From an uncultured Thiopseudomonas sp. (GTDB taxonomy: Bacteria > Pseudomonadota > Gammaproteobacteria > Pseudomonadales > Pseudomonadaceae): a DNA stretch of 37,133 nucleotides. Shown here piece by piece: positions 11,011-21,155 of the stretch. The stretch lies in assembly GCA_964555485.1 (NCBI GenBank), contig CAZKTB010000001.1, positions 5,201 through 42,333 of the forward strand, given 5' to 3'. The position numbers were made by a program, and so were the translations under genes. The notes beneath the pieces were generated by a model, which was not told the DNA's origin, made no database searches, and worked only from the letters and a program-made list of their open reading frames with translations. How positions within the stretch are numbered: position 1 is the stretch's first letter; each line of letters begins with the position of its first letter.

Positions 11011-11256
11011 GTTTGCCCTGTTCAATAGTTGTTAGGTCGCAATAGCCCTGGTCCGGTACAACAGCCTTGTTGCCGGCGATAATCCGAATCATGCGCAAAA
11101 AACACACAATACAGCCAAACAAACTTTTTAGCATAATATCTGGTAGTAATCTATAAACCCTCTGTCTTACCAAAGGCTTTACGATTCACCCGGCATGGGC
11201 TGGTGCACGAGGCGCCAGCAACGCATAATGCCGGATATTTTTTGGAGAGCAACCAT

Positions 11257-12219
11257 ATGAGCATTCGTCTTGGCATTGTCATGGATCCCATTTCCGATAT
11301 TGCATATCTGAAGGACACTTCACTGGCCATGCTGTGGGCCGCACAGGATCGTGGCTGGCAGCTGTACTACATGGAAATGCAGGACCTGTACCAGATTCGT
11401 GGCCAGGCCAGAACCCGCATCCGCAGCCTGCAGGTACACCGCAACGAGCAGCACTGGTACGACCTTGGCGAAGAGCAGGATCTGCCGCTGGGCGATCTGG
11501 ACGTCATCCTGATGCGCAAGGACCCGCCCTTCGACAATGAATTCCTCTATGCCACCCATTTGCTGGAAATGGCCGAAAACGCCGGCAGCCTGATCGTCAA
11601 CAAGCCGCAGAGCCTGCGTGACTGCAACGAGAAGCTGTTTGCCACGTTGTTTCCCGAGCTGACGCCGACCACCCTGGTCAGCCGCCGTGCCGACCTGATC
11701 CGCGAGTTTGCAGAAGAACATGACGACATCATTCTCAAGCCGCTGGATGGCATGGGCGGCTCGTCCATCTACCGCCACCGCAAGGGCGACCCGAACCTGT
11801 CGGTGATCCTGGAAACCCTGACCGGTCACGGTAGCGAGCAGATCATGGTACAAACCTATCAGCCGGCCATCAGCGAAGGCGACAAGCGCATCCTGATGGT
11901 TGATGGCGAGCCGGTACCCTACAGCCTGGCCCGTATCCCGGCCAGCGGCGAAACCCGCGGCAACCTGGCTGCCGGTGGCCGCGGTGTGGCACAACCGCTA
12001 AGCGACAGCGACCGCCGCATTGCCGAACGGGTTGGCCCCGAACTGCGCAAGCGCGGTCTGCTGTTCGTCGGCCTTGATGTTATTGGCGACAAACTGACCG
12101 AAATCAACGTCACCAGCCCGACCTGCGTGCGTGAAATCGATGCTGCCTATGACACCAACATCGCCGGCCAGCTGATGCAGGCAATTGAGGACAAGCTGCA
12201 ACAGCGCAACAAGTCCTGA
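11257..12219 (+). CDS. gshB: Glutathione synthetase
   Basis: GGAGAG RBS then ATG at 11257 (MSIRLGIVMDPI). Motifs KDTSLAML, MRKDPPFD, KPLDGMGG, RGNLAAGG and EINVTSPT. Divergent from pilG, as in Pseudomonas. Confidence 0.96.
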   Translation: MSIRLGIVMDPISDIAYLKDTSLAMLWAAQDRGWQLYYMEMQDLYQIRGQARTRIRSLQVHRNEQHWYDLGEEQDLPLGDLDVILMRKDPPFDNEFLYATHLLEMAENAGSLIVNKPQSLRDCNEKLFATLFPELTPTTLVSRRADLIREFAEEHDDIILKPLDGMGGSSIYRHRKGDPNLSVILETLTGHGSEQIMVQTYQPAISEGDKRILMVDGEPVPYSLARIPASGETRGNLAAGGRGVAQPLSDSDRRIAERVGPELRKRGLLFVGLDVIGDKLTEINVTSPTCVREIDAAYDTNIAGQLMQAIEDKLQQRNKS

Positions 12220-12224
12220 GTCGA

Positions 12225-12252
12225 CACGCGGGGCGGCACACCGCCCCGCGTG
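12225..12252 (+). terminator. GC-rich stem-loop after gshB, no U-tract
   Basis: Perfect 12-bp inverted repeat CACGCGGGGCGG-caca-CCGCCCCGCGTG. Confidence 0.5.
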
Positions 12253-12322
12253 ACAGACGGCAACGATAGTTTTTCGATCACTACCGGTACAGACTCCGGC
12301 CACACTTCCAGCCACAGATGCC

Positions 12323-13213
12323 ATGAACGACAGTTTGCCTCCCTCGCTGCAGCCTGCCATCCGACCCGGTGACCGCCTCGGTTTCACCCTGCTGGTGGCC
12401 GCCCTGCTGCACGTGGCGGTCATTCTTGGCGTAAGCTTTACCGTGGAAGAGCTGCCGTCGCAAAGCCGCGGCCTGGAAGTCACCCTGGCCAGCTTTGCCA
12501 GTGACAAGGCGCCGGACAAGGCCGAGTACATTGCCCAGGCCGACCAGCAGGGCAGCGGCACCCTGGAACAGGAGGCGCTACCCCGTACCGACCAGCAGGC
12601 CGCCATCCAGAACGAGCAGCTGCAAGAAGTCAGCGTGGAAAGCGCCGCCCAGCCGTACACGCCACCGGAAACACCGCAACAGGTGCTCACTACAGAGCAA
12701 CCAAGCCCGCAGAAGGTCAAAAAGAAAGTGGTCGCACAGCCAGTCCGAGAGACTCCGCGCAAGGTTCCACAGCTCGACCGTGACCAGTTGGCGGCCGAGA
12801 TAGCCAGCCTGGAAGCGGAGTTTGCCCGCGAGCGCCAGCAATTCGCCAAGCGTCCACGCGTCAGCTATCAGCACAGTGCCAGCACCCGCCGCGATGTCAG
12901 CGCCTGGTACCGGGACGACTGGCGCAAGAAAGTCGAGCGCATCGGCAACCTCAACTATCCGGAAGAGGCTCGCCGCAACGGCATCTATGGTAGCCTGCGA
13001 CTACTGGTGGTAATTCGCAGCGACGGCAATATCGACAGGATGTCGGTGCTGGAATCCTCCGGCCAGAAGGTTCTCGACCAGGCGGCACTGAAAATCGTGC
13101 GTCTGTCCGCTCCCTTTGCCCCATTCAGCGGCGAGCTGGCTGCCCGTTACGATCAGGTCGAAATCATCCGCACCTGGCGTTTCGAACGTGGTGACCGCCT
13201 GTCCAGCCAGTAA
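12323..13213 (+). CDS. tonB3: Energy transducer TonB (TonB3-like)
   Basis: N-terminal TM with LLHVAVI, a Pro/Gln/Lys-rich linker and a TonB_C domain (WRKKVERIGNLNYPEEARR..SSGQKVLDQAA..IIRTWRF). Its position between gshB and algH matches tonB3. Confidence 0.82.
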   Translation: MNDSLPPSLQPAIRPGDRLGFTLLVAALLHVAVILGVSFTVEELPSQSRGLEVTLASFASDKAPDKAEYIAQADQQGSGTLEQEALPRTDQQAAIQNEQLQEVSVESAAQPYTPPETPQQVLTTEQPSPQKVKKKVVAQPVRETPRKVPQLDRDQLAAEIASLEAEFARERQQFAKRPRVSYQHSASTRRDVSAWYRDDWRKKVERIGNLNYPEEARRNGIYGSLRLLVVIRSDGNIDRMSVLESSGQKVLDQAALKIVRLSAPFAPFSGELAARYDQVEIIRTWRFERGDRLSSQ

Positions 13214-13244
13214 TCCGGGTATTTCAGCATAAGGAATCCGTTTC

Positions 13245-13808
13245 ATGACCGAATTCAATTCTCTGGCCGATCACTTCCTGATCGCCATGCCGGCCTTGCA
13301 GGATCCATTCTTCGGCCAGTCGCTGGTCTATCTGTTCGAGCACAATTCTGAAGGCGCCATGGGACTGGTGGTCAACCAGCCTACCGAACTCAGTCTGGCT
13401 GACGTGCTGAACCAGCTGCAGCCGGAACAGGAACCGCCTGCCCATACTGCTGACATCAGCATTCACAGCGGTGGTCCGGTGCAGACCGAGCGCGGCTTTG
13501 TCATGCATCCACCCGGCACCAGCTACCAGAGCACTGTCGATCTGGGCGCCCTGAGCATCACCAACTCGCAGGACATCCTTGCCGCCATTGCCGACGGCAA
13601 AGGCCCCGAACAGTTTTTGATCGCCCTGGGCTATGCCGGCTGGGGTGCCGGCCAGCTGGAAGATGAACTGAAAGGCAACACCTGGCTCAGCTGTCCGGCC
13701 AGCCATGCCATCATCTTTGATACCCCGGTCGAGGAGCGCCGTGCTGCAGCTGCTGCCAGCCTTGGCATCCAGCTGTCCCAGCTGAGTCATCTGGCCGGTC
13801 ACTCATGA
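13245..13808 (+). CDS. algH: YqgE/AlgH family protein (UPF0301)
   Basis: HFLIAMPALQDPFF, GAMGLVVNQP, GGPVQTERGFVMH, LGYAGWGAGQLEDEL. Confidence 0.92.
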   Translation: MTEFNSLADHFLIAMPALQDPFFGQSLVYLFEHNSEGAMGLVVNQPTELSLADVLNQLQPEQEPPAHTADISIHSGGPVQTERGFVMHPPGTSYQSTVDLGALSITNSQDILAAIADGKGPEQFLIALGYAGWGAGQLEDELKGNTWLSCPASHAIIFDTPVEERRAAAAASLGIQLSQLSHLAGHS

Positions 13809-14236
13809 GCGCACCGGAACAACAGCTGCTGCTAGGCTTCGATTTCGGTACCCGCCAGATCGGCGTAGCGGTCGGTCAGACGCTGACGCGCCAGGCCAGA
13901 CCGCTGTGCAACCTCAAGGCTCGTGACGGCATCCCGCAGTGGGAGCAGATCGAGGCCCTGCTGGCCGAATGGCAACCGCAGGCGCTGGTGGTCGGTTTGC
14001 CACTGAACATGGACGGCAGCCCCAGCGACATGAGCCTGCGTGCGAAAAAATTCGCCAACCGCCTGCATGGCCGCTACGGCCTGCCGGTACACACCCATGA
14101 CGAACGCCTGACCACCTTTGAAGCCAAGGGCGAGCGTATGCGCCAGGGCGACTTTTCCCGCAACTTCCGTGATGACCCGGTCGACGCCCTGGCAGCCAGT
14201 TTGTTGCTGCAGGGCTGGCTCGAAGCCCAGGCCTGA
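13805..14236 (+). CDS. ruvX: RuvX/YqgF pre-16S rRNA nuclease
   Basis: GFDFGTRQIGVAVG, VVGLPLNMDG, DERLTTFEA, VDALAA; ATGA overlap with algH. Confidence 0.93.
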   Translation: MSAPEQQLLLGFDFGTRQIGVAVGQTLTRQARPLCNLKARDGIPQWEQIEALLAEWQPQALVVGLPLNMDGSPSDMSLRAKKFANRLHGRYGLPVHTHDERLTTFEAKGERMRQGDFSRNFRDDPVDALAASLLLQGWLEAQA

Positions 14237-14389
14237 TCTGGCCATCAGTCAGGCCTGGACGATCCGCCAGCCCGGCGCCGGCCAGCAGCACCGGCAACAC
14301 TGCAGCAAATCAATTATCTGGCGCCATTTTCTGCTAATCTAGCGATAGATCATAAGAAGTTTTCTGCCTGTCGTTACAAGGAGAGTCTC

Positions 14390-14899
14390 ATGTTGCCGCA
14401 ACCCGCATCCCTGATTGAAGAAATGGCCGCTGGCCTCAACCGTCATCTGGCCGAGCAAGGTATCGAAGATCCACGCTTTGTCGGCATTCATACCGGTGGC
14501 GTCTGGGTCGCCAATGCCCTGCTGCAAGCCATGGATCAGGCCGATGAACCACTGGGCATCCTCAACGTGTCCTTCTATCGTGACGACTTCAGCCGCAAGG
14601 GCTTGCACCCGCAGGTACGCCCCTCACAGCTGCCGTTCGATATCGAGAACCAGCACCTGGTGCTGATCGATGACGTACTGATGAGCGGTCGCACCATCCG
14701 CGCCGCCCTCAACGAGCTGTTCGACTACGGCCGTCCGGCCAGCGTGACTCTTGTCTGCCTGCTGGAAATCAACGCCCGCGAGCTGCCGATCCGGCCGGAT
14801 ATTGTTGGCCAGATCCTTTCCCTGCCACAAAATCAGCGGGTAAAATTGACTGGCCCGGAACCGCTGGCTATCGAGCTGCGCGACCTGGATCAGGAATAA
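14390..14899 (+). CDS. pyrR: PyrR pyrimidine regulatory protein / uracil phosphoribosyltransferase
   Basis: AGGAG RBS; GIHTGG, SFYRDD, PRPP-binding loop [25 protein letters not shown]. Confidence 0.93.
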   Translation: MLPQPASLIEEMAAGLNRHLAEQGIEDPRFVGIHTGGVWVANALLQAMDQADEPLGILNVSFYRDDFSRKGLHPQVRPSQLPFDIENQHLVLIDDVLMSGRTIRAALNELFDYGRPASVTLVCLLEINARELPIRPDIVGQILSLPQNQRVKLTGPEPLAIELRDLDQE

Positions 14900-14919
14900 A
14901 GGAAACACTGAATTTCTGT

Positions 14920-14942
14920 GGAGCGGCAATGGCCGCTCCTTT
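14920..14942 (+). terminator. Terminator-like hairpin between pyrR and pyrB
   Basis: GGAGCGGC-aatg-GCCGCTCC followed by TTTC. Confidence 0.5.
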
Positions 14943-14983
14943 CACCTCTGGCACCTGCACCAAGCTGACACGAGTACCTGCTG

Positions 14984-15997
14984 ATGACTCCCGCCTGCCC
15001 CCTGCAACTGAACGATCACGGCCGCCTGCGACATTTCCTGTCACTGGACGGCCTGCCCCGCGAGCTGCTGACCGAGATCCTTGATACCGCCGATTCCTTT
15101 CTCGAAGTCGGCGCCCGTGCCGTAAAGAAGGTTCCGCTGATGCGCGGCATGACGGTATGCAACGTGTTCTTCGAGAATTCCACCCGTACCCGTACCACCT
15201 TCGAACTGGCGGCCAAGCGGCTGTCGGCGGACGTAATCACCCTGAACGTGTCAACCTCCTCGACCAGCAAGGGCGAGACCCTGACCGATACCTTGCGCAC
15301 CCTGGAAGCCATGGCCGCCGACATGTTCGTCATGCGCCACGCCGACTCCGGCGCCGCCCATTTTGTCGCCGAGCACGTCAGCCCCAATGTCGCCATCATC
15401 AACGGCGGTGACGGTCGTCACGCGCACCCGACCCAGGGCATGCTCGACATGCTGACCATTCGCCGGCACAAAGGCGATTTCAGCCAGCTTAAAGTGGCCA
15501 TCGTCGGCGACATTCTGCACTCACGGGTGGCACGTTCCAACATGATCGCGCTGAAAACCCTGGGCTGCCCGGACATCCGCGTGATCGCACCCAAAACCCT
15601 GCTACCGGTTGGTCTGGAGCAATACGGCGTCAACGTTTATCACAATATCGAGCAGGGCCTGAAGGATGTCGATGTAGTCATCATGCTGCGCCTGCAACGC
15701 GAGCGCATGCGCTCGGGCCTGCTACCCAGCGAAAGCGAGTTCTATCGACTGTTCGGCCTCAGCGAGCAGCGCCTTGCACTAGCCCATCCCGAGGCCATCG
15801 TCATGCACCCGGGCCCGATCAACCGCGGGGTTGAAATCGAATCCAGTGTCGCCGACAGCCCGCGCGCGATGATTCTCAACCAGGTCACCTACGGCATTGC
15901 CGTACGCATGGCGGTCCTGTCCATGGCCATGAGCGGCCAGAACGAACAGCGTCACATCGATGCGGAAAAAGCCGCACAACAACAGGAGGCCCGCTAA
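14984..15997 (+). CDS. pyrB: Aspartate carbamoyltransferase catalytic subunit
   Basis: [49 protein letters not shown]. Confidence 0.97.
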   Translation: MTPACPLQLNDHGRLRHFLSLDGLPRELLTEILDTADSFLEVGARAVKKVPLMRGMTVCNVFFENSTRTRTTFELAAKRLSADVITLNVSTSSTSKGETLTDTLRTLEAMAADMFVMRHADSGAAHFVAEHVSPNVAIINGGDGRHAHPTQGMLDMLTIRRHKGDFSQLKVAIVGDILHSRVARSNMIALKTLGCPDIRVIAPKTLLPVGLEQYGVNVYHNIEQGLKDVDVVIMLRLQRERMRSGLLPSESEFYRLFGLSEQRLALAHPEAIVMHPGPINRGVEIESSVADSPRAMILNQVTYGIAVRMAVLSMAMSGQNEQRHIDAEKAAQQQEAR

Positions 15998-17271
15998 TGC
16001 GCATTCAAGTCAGTGGAGCCCGCCTGCTCGATCCAGCCAGCGGCATGGACCAGGTTTGTGACATCTTCATCGAGGGCGGCAAAGTCGCTGCACTGGGTGA
16101 AAAACCTTCCGACTTTTTAGTGGAACAGTGGATCAATGCCCGCGGCCTGATTGCTTCACCAGGTCTGGTCGACATCAATGTCTCCCTGCGCGAGCCGGGC
16201 TATGGCCGCAAAGGCAACATCGCCAGCGAAACCCTTGCCGCTGCCGGCGGTGGTGTCACCAGCCTGTGCTGCACACCTTTCACCAAACCGGTGCTGGACA
16301 CCCCGGCAGTGGCCGAACTGATCCTCGATCAGGCCCGCGACCATGGCTCCACCCGTGTGTATCCACTGGGTGCCTTCACTCAGGGGCTGGCCGGCGACAA
16401 CCTGGCCGAACTGGTCACATTGCGTGATGCCGGTTGTGTGGCCTTTACCAACGGTCTGGTACCTTTCTCCAACAACCGCTTGCTGCGCCACGCACTGGAA
16501 TACGCCTCGACCTTCGACCTGACCGTGATTTTCCAGCCGCAGGACCGTGATCTGTCCGAAGGCGGCATTGCCCACGAAAGTGCCGCAACCAGCTTCCGTG
16601 GTCTGAGCGGTATTCCGGAAACTGCCGAAACCGTCGCCCTCGCCCGTGATCTGCTACTGGTCGAGCAAAGTGGCGTACGCGCCCACTTCAGCCAGATCAC
16701 CACCGCCCGTGGTGCAGAGCTGATTGCCCAGGCGCAGGAGCGCGGTCTGAACGTAACCGCCGACGTGGCCATGTACCAGCTGATCCTGACCGATGAAGCA
16801 CTGCTGGACTTCTCCAGCCTGTATCACGTCCAGCCGCCACTGCGCTCGCTGGCCGACCGTGAAGGCCTGCGTGAGGCGGTACGCAGCGGCGTCATCAGCG
16901 CCATTGCCAGTCATCACCAGCCCCATGAGGCGGACGCCAAGCAGGACCCCTTTGCTGCCACCGAACCCGGCATCAGCAGCACCGAGCTGCTGCTGCCGCT
17001 GGCCATGAGTCTGGTGCAGGAAGGCGTACTGGATTTGCCTACCGCCATCGAGCGCCTGACCAGTGGTCCGGCTCGGGCCATGGGCCTGAATGCAGGCAGC
17101 CTCAGCGTAGGTGCACAGGCCGACCTGGTACTGTTTGATCCTGATGGCCAGACCATAGGTGGCGAAAACTGGCTGTCTGCCGGCAGCAATTGTCCGTTCA
17201 TCGGCCACTGCCTGCCCGGCCGGGTACGCTACACCATGCTCAACGGCCGCATCAGCTTCAAGCAGGACTAG
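15997..17271 (+). CDS. pyrC': Non-catalytic dihydroorotase-like subunit PyrC' of Pseudomonas-type ATCase
   Basis: Dihydroorotase-like sequence, but the Zn-binding HxH is replaced ([14 protein letters not shown]). Coupled to pyrB through a TAATG overlap. Confidence 0.9.
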   Translation: MRIQVSGARLLDPASGMDQVCDIFIEGGKVAALGEKPSDFLVEQWINARGLIASPGLVDINVSLREPGYGRKGNIASETLAAAGGGVTSLCCTPFTKPVLDTPAVAELILDQARDHGSTRVYPLGAFTQGLAGDNLAELVTLRDAGCVAFTNGLVPFSNNRLLRHALEYASTFDLTVIFQPQDRDLSEGGIAHESAATSFRGLSGIPETAETVALARDLLLVEQSGVRAHFSQITTARGAELIAQAQERGLNVTADVAMYQLILTDEALLDFSSLYHVQPPLRSLADREGLREAVRSGVISAIASHHQPHEADAKQDPFAATEPGISSTELLLPLAMSLVQEGVLDLPTAIERLTSGPARAMGLNAGSLSVGAQADLVLFDPDGQTIGGENWLSAGSNCPFIGHCLPGRVRYTMLNGRISFKQD

Positions 17272-17294
17272 CATGAGCGCAACCTGTCCGCACC

Positions 17295-17322
17295 TGCTGC
17301 ACCAGAGATGTCTGGTGCGGCA
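17295..17322 (+). terminator. Stem-loop after pyrC', no U-tract
   Basis: TGCTGCACCAGA-gatg-TCTGGTGCGGCA, a 12-bp stem with one G-U pair. Confidence 0.4.
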
Positions 17323-17347
17323 CCGCCAACACAACGGCTGATACGGC

Positions 17348-18082
17348 ATGCCGTCGCCTGCTCCCCTGGCCTTTTTTGTCACCGGCACCGATACCGATGC
17401 CGGCAAGACCACCATTGCCGCCGGCCTGCTGGCTGCAGCCCGGCAACAGGGACTGAGCACCCTGGCCTGCAAGCCTGTTGCATCAGGCTCACAGATGACA
17501 GCCGACGGATTACGCAACTCAGACGCCCTGCAGCTGGACAGCCAGTGCAGCATTCGCCTGCCCTATGCCAGCATCAATCCGTATGCCTTCGAGCCGGCTA
17601 TTGCGCCGCATCTGGCTGCCGCTGCCACCGGTGTCAGTCTTGACTGCAATTCACTACAAAATGATGTAATGCAAGTGCTCGAACAGAAAGCCGGGCTGTG
17701 CCTTGTCGAGGGCGCTGGTGGCTGGCGGGTACCGCTCAATGCCAACGAAATCCTGGCCGATCTGGCCGTGGCCCTGCAATTACCAGTGATTCTGGTGGTC
17801 GGCATGAAGCTGGGCTGCATCAACCATGCCCTGCTCAGCGCCGAAGCCATTCTGGCGGACGGCCTGCCGCTGGCCGGCTGGGTCGCCAACCATATTGATC
17901 CGGAAATGAGCTGCCAGGCAGACAATCTGCAAACGCTGCAGCAATGGATGCCGGCCCCTTGCCTGGCACAGGTACCCCATCTGGACAACCCGCTGACAGC
18001 CGCCCTGATTCCCCATCTGCAGCCGGCGCTGGAGCGACTACAAACACAGGCCACTACAGCAAAAAGACTGCCCGGCAACTGA
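17348..18082 (+). CDS. bioD: Dethiobiotin synthetase
   Basis: FFVTGTDTDAGKT, KPVASG, PAIAPHLAA, VEGAGGW, LGCINHALL. Confidence 0.95.
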   Translation: MPSPAPLAFFVTGTDTDAGKTTIAAGLLAAARQQGLSTLACKPVASGSQMTADGLRNSDALQLDSQCSIRLPYASINPYAFEPAIAPHLAAAATGVSLDCNSLQNDVMQVLEQKAGLCLVEGAGGWRVPLNANEILADLAVALQLPVILVVGMKLGCINHALLSAEAILADGLPLAGWVANHIDPEMSCQADNLQTLQQWMPAPCLAQVPHLDNPLTAALIPHLQPALERLQTQATTAKRLPGN

Positions 18083-18141
18083 CAAAGCACGGCAGTGGCC
18101 GGTCGCCATCGGCTGCATGCTTGTACCAAAAGGAGACACTC

Positions 18142-19440
18142 ATGCTGCACCATATCGTCATCGTTGGCGGCGGAGCCGGTGGCCTGGAACTGGCAACCCG
18201 TCTCGGCCGCACCCTGGGCAAGCGCAAACAGGCGCATATCACCCTGGTAGACTGCAATCTGACCCACGTCTGGAAGCCCCTGCTACACGAGGTGGCCGCC
18301 GGCTCGCTGAACACCACCGACAACGAGCTGAACTACCTGGCCCAGGCCAAGTGGAACAACTTCGACTTTCAGCTGGGCCGTCTGACCAGCCTTGACCGCG
18401 AGAACAAAACCATCCAGCTGGCAGCTACTCTGGATGACAAGGGAGTGCAGCTGGTACCGGCCCGCAGCCTGGCCTACGACACCCTGGTACTGGCCATTGG
18501 CAGCCTGACCAATGATTTTGGCACCCCTGGTGCCAGTGAGCACTGCATTTTCCTCGACTGCCTGCAGAGCGCGCAGCACTTCCATCAGCGTCTGCTCGGC
18601 GAGTACCTCAGTGCCCACGCCCGGGACGGCAACAACGAACAAGTCAGTGTGGCCATTGTGGGAGCCGGCGCCACCGGCGTGGAGCTGGCCGCCGAATTGC
18701 GCAACGCCGCCAAAATGCTGTCTGACTACGGGCTGGATCACATACGTCCGGAGAACATGCACATCAGCATCCTCGAGGCCGGACCCCGCATCCTGCCGGC
18801 GCTGTCAGAAAAGCTGGCAACCATCGTGCATCAGGAACTGCTCAAGCTCGGCGTAAAGGTGCGGCTGGGAGCCAGGGTCAAGGAAGTGACAGCCGAAGGC
18901 TTCGTCACAGCCGAGGGCGAGCTGATTCCGGCCAGCCTCAGGGTCTGGGCCGCAGGTGTCCGCGCCCCGGCGTTCCTGCGCGAACTGGACGGCCTGGAAA
19001 CCAACCGCATCAACCAGCTGGTGGTAGATAGCACCCTGCAAACCAGTCTGGATCCGGATATCTTTGCCATCGGCGACTGTGCCGCCTGCCCGCTGGAGCC
19101 GGGCAGCAGCCACAACGTGCCGCCCCGTGCCCAAAGCGCCCACCAGCAGGCCAGCCTGCTGGTCAAAAGCCTGAGGTTGCGACTGCAGAACCGGCCACTA
19201 CCCCATTACCGCTACCGTGACTATGGTTCGCTGGTATCCCTATCCAGCTATACCGCTGTCGGCAACCTGATGGGCGGCTTCATGCACAGCGTCAACCTGG
19301 AAGGCTGGCTGGCACGCATGTTCTACATTTCTCTGTATCGCATGCACCAGATGGTCCTGTACGGCCGTTTCCGCACCCTGCTGCTGATGCTGGGTGACCG
19401 TATCGGCAAGCGCACTCATCCGAAGATGAAGCTGCACTGA
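18142..19440 (+). CDS. ndh: Type II NADH:quinone oxidoreductase (NDH-2)
   Basis: AGGAG RBS then ATG at 18142 (MLHHIVIVGGGAGGLELA). Motifs WKPLLHEVAAG, second Rossmann motif IVGAGATGVELAAE, FAIGDCA, PPRAQSAHQQA and YRDYGSLVSL. Confidence 0.92.
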   Translation: MLHHIVIVGGGAGGLELATRLGRTLGKRKQAHITLVDCNLTHVWKPLLHEVAAGSLNTTDNELNYLAQAKWNNFDFQLGRLTSLDRENKTIQLAATLDDKGVQLVPARSLAYDTLVLAIGSLTNDFGTPGASEHCIFLDCLQSAQHFHQRLLGEYLSAHARDGNNEQVSVAIVGAGATGVELAAELRNAAKMLSDYGLDHIRPENMHISILEAGPRILPALSEKLATIVHQELLKLGVKVRLGARVKEVTAEGFVTAEGELIPASLRVWAAGVRAPAFLRELDGLETNRINQLVVDSTLQTSLDPDIFAIGDCAACPLEPGSSHNVPPRAQSAHQQASLLVKSLRLRLQNRPLPHYRYRDYGSLVSLSSYTAVGNLMGGFMHSVNLEGWLARMFYISLYRMHQMVLYGRFRTLLLMLGDRIGKRTHPKMKLH

Positions 19441-19462
19441 TCAGTGCCGCGGTATTGCCCGA

Positions 19463-19496
19463 GGTGACTGCAGCCCAAAAGCGGGCCGCAGTCGCC
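19463..19496. terminator. Imperfect hairpin between convergent ndh and nirN
   Basis: GGTGACTGCAGCCC-aaaagc-GGGCCGCAGTCGCC. Confidence 0.45.
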
Positions 19497-19508
19497 CTTG
19501 TCGGACGG

Positions 19509-21011
19509 CTAGTGTGAAGTGCCTTCGGCAAAATTGATCTTGTTGTAGACGTTGTACTTGCCCGACGGCAGGTTCATCGGGATGCGCTTGACCTCTTCCA
19601 GCGTCTCGGCGTTATACACGATCAGCGCGCCTTCCTTGTCCCAGACACTGAGAATCAGATGGCTGCCATCACGGTTGAACTCGACGTGGGCGGCATTCTT
19701 GCCCGGCATCGGACGCAGGGTATGGGCCACTTCCAGTGTCTGCTTGTCGATCAGGTGTACCGCCTCGTTGTTGGGGCCGAAGAACACGTCGGTCCAGGCA
19801 TATTTGGAATTCTCATGACTGCGCATGAAGAAGCCCGGACCCTCGGTGGGAATCTCCTTGATCAGCTCCCAGTTGGACATGTCCAGTACCGAGATCAGCC
19901 CCTGGCTGATGTTCGGGGTGGCAAACACCCACTGGTCACCACGCTGCCAGTAGATGCCCGAGCCCAGGTGCGGCATACCCGGCAACGGAATGTCAGTCAG
20001 GCTCTTGCCGGTTTCCATGTCCACCACCTGGCCACCCTTGGCCCGGCGCGAAGTGGCCAGCAGGTAGCGGTAGTCAGGCGTGAAGGAGAAATCATCGAGA
20101 AAGTCGTCGGCGATGATACGGCGCGGGGTGAAATCGGGGTTGTCCAGATAGGGAAACTCCCAGACCTCGCGGCTGTCTTTCAGCGCCACCACAAAGCTGT
20201 CGCGTGGTGGTGCGGTATATACGGCGCTGACCCGCGACTCGATGCCGTCTTCACTGATCACCGGAATTTCCTTGACGAAGGACAGATCATGGGCATCCAG
20301 CACCACCAGGGTGCCGGGCAGATAGTTGCCGACCATCACCCATTTGCCGTCATTGCTCACCGCCAGGTTACGGGTGTTCAGGCCGACTCGCACCTCACCA
20401 ACCATGGTCAGGTTGTGGATATCGTACTTGCTGACCCAGCCGTCGCGGGAAGCGAAGTAGACAAAGCGTCCGTCCGGCGAGAACTTGGGGCCGCCATGCA
20501 GTGCGAAATGGCTCTGGAAACGGTCCACCGGCTCGAATTCGTCACCATCCAGAATGGTCACATGATGGTTGCCGGCCTCGACCACCACAAAGAGGTTGAG
20601 CGGGTCGGATTTGTGTTGCGGGGTATCCGGCAGCTGGTCCTGATCGACAAACAGCTTGCGGGTGGCTTTGGTGTCTTCCACTGTCCAGGTCGGCGGCACA
20701 TCAGCCGGGGTGTACAGGTACTCGACCAGCTGTTCGACCTTGTCGCTACCGCCAAGCAGGCTTTCATAGCCGATCATCTGGCTGGCCGGCCGGCCATTGG
20801 CAACCACATCAATCGCCTGCGCCTTCTTCAGGCGGCCAAGGCTTTCCGGCAGCAATGCCGGCCCCAGTCCGCCGATCCGCTGTTCGCCATGACAGAGCGC
20901 ACAGTGCTCCTGATACATGGCGTCGGCCTCTTCATCCATTGCCTGCGCGGCACCAATAGTGAGTGCCAGCAGCGTGGCAGCAAAGCCGGGCAACAGCATC
21001 TTTCTGGACAT
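19509..21011 (-). CDS. nirN: NirN, dihydro-heme d1 dehydrogenase (cytochrome c domain plus d1-type beta-propeller)
   Basis: GGAGAG RBS then ATG at 21011; Sec-type signal ending AQA; CALCH heme c site; ALHGGPKFSPDGRFVY, GMPHLGSG, GPGFFMRSHENS, PSGKYNV. Confidence 0.93.
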   Translation of the reverse strand: MSRKMLLPGFAATLLALTIGAAQAMDEEADAMYQEHCALCHGEQRIGGLGPALLPESLGRLKKAQAIDVVANGRPASQMIGYESLLGGSDKVEQLVEYLYTPADVPPTWTVEDTKATRKLFVDQDQLPDTPQHKSDPLNLFVVVEAGNHHVTILDGDEFEPVDRFQSHFALHGGPKFSPDGRFVYFASRDGWVSKYDIHNLTMVGEVRVGLNTRNLAVSNDGKWVMVGNYLPGTLVVLDAHDLSFVKEIPVISEDGIESRVSAVYTAPPRDSFVVALKDSREVWEFPYLDNPDFTPRRIIADDFLDDFSFTPDYRYLLATSRRAKGGQVVDMETGKSLTDIPLPGMPHLGSGIYWQRGDQWVFATPNISQGLISVLDMSNWELIKEIPTEGPGFFMRSHENSKYAWTDVFFGPNNEAVHLIDKQTLEVAHTLRPMPGKNAAHVEFNRDGSHLILSVWDKEGALIVYNAETLEEVKRIPMNLPSGKYNVYNKINFAEGTSH

Positions 21012-21088
21012 AAAAATCTCTCCAAACAGGTTTGCGCCAACAATAAGGAATTGCGCCGACCAATGCCTTGACATGGATTGGCTAAAGC

Positions 21089-21102
21089 GTGATTTCAATC
21101 AT
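21089..21102. promoter_or_regulatory. Degenerate FNR/DNR-like box in the nirN / glpD-like divergent spacer
   Basis: GTGAT-TTCA-ATCAT, an 8/10 match to TTGAT-N4-ATCAA. Confidence 0.4.
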
Positions 21103-21155
21103 CACTGACTGCTGTTAACGTCTGAACACAAGCCCCTGTGCCAAAGGACTCCGCC

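Noticed and set aside
15997-17271. Dihydroorotase lacking its metal-binding histidines, possible pseudogene
   Set aside because: This is the known non-catalytic PyrC' structural subunit of Pseudomonas-type ATCase, and the reading frame is intact.
17944-18141. Long N-terminal extensions in the ORF track for ndh (also gshB, nirN, both nirS, nirC, nirG and the hydrolase)
   Set aside because: Downstream ATGs give family-typical N-termini or signal peptides, mostly with a clear RBS. The extensions come from choosing the first available start.
19509-21011. Possible third nirS (cytochrome c plus d1 propeller)
   Set aside because: The motifs (LHGGPKFSPDGR, MPHLGSG, FFMRSHE) are those of NirN, not NirS.
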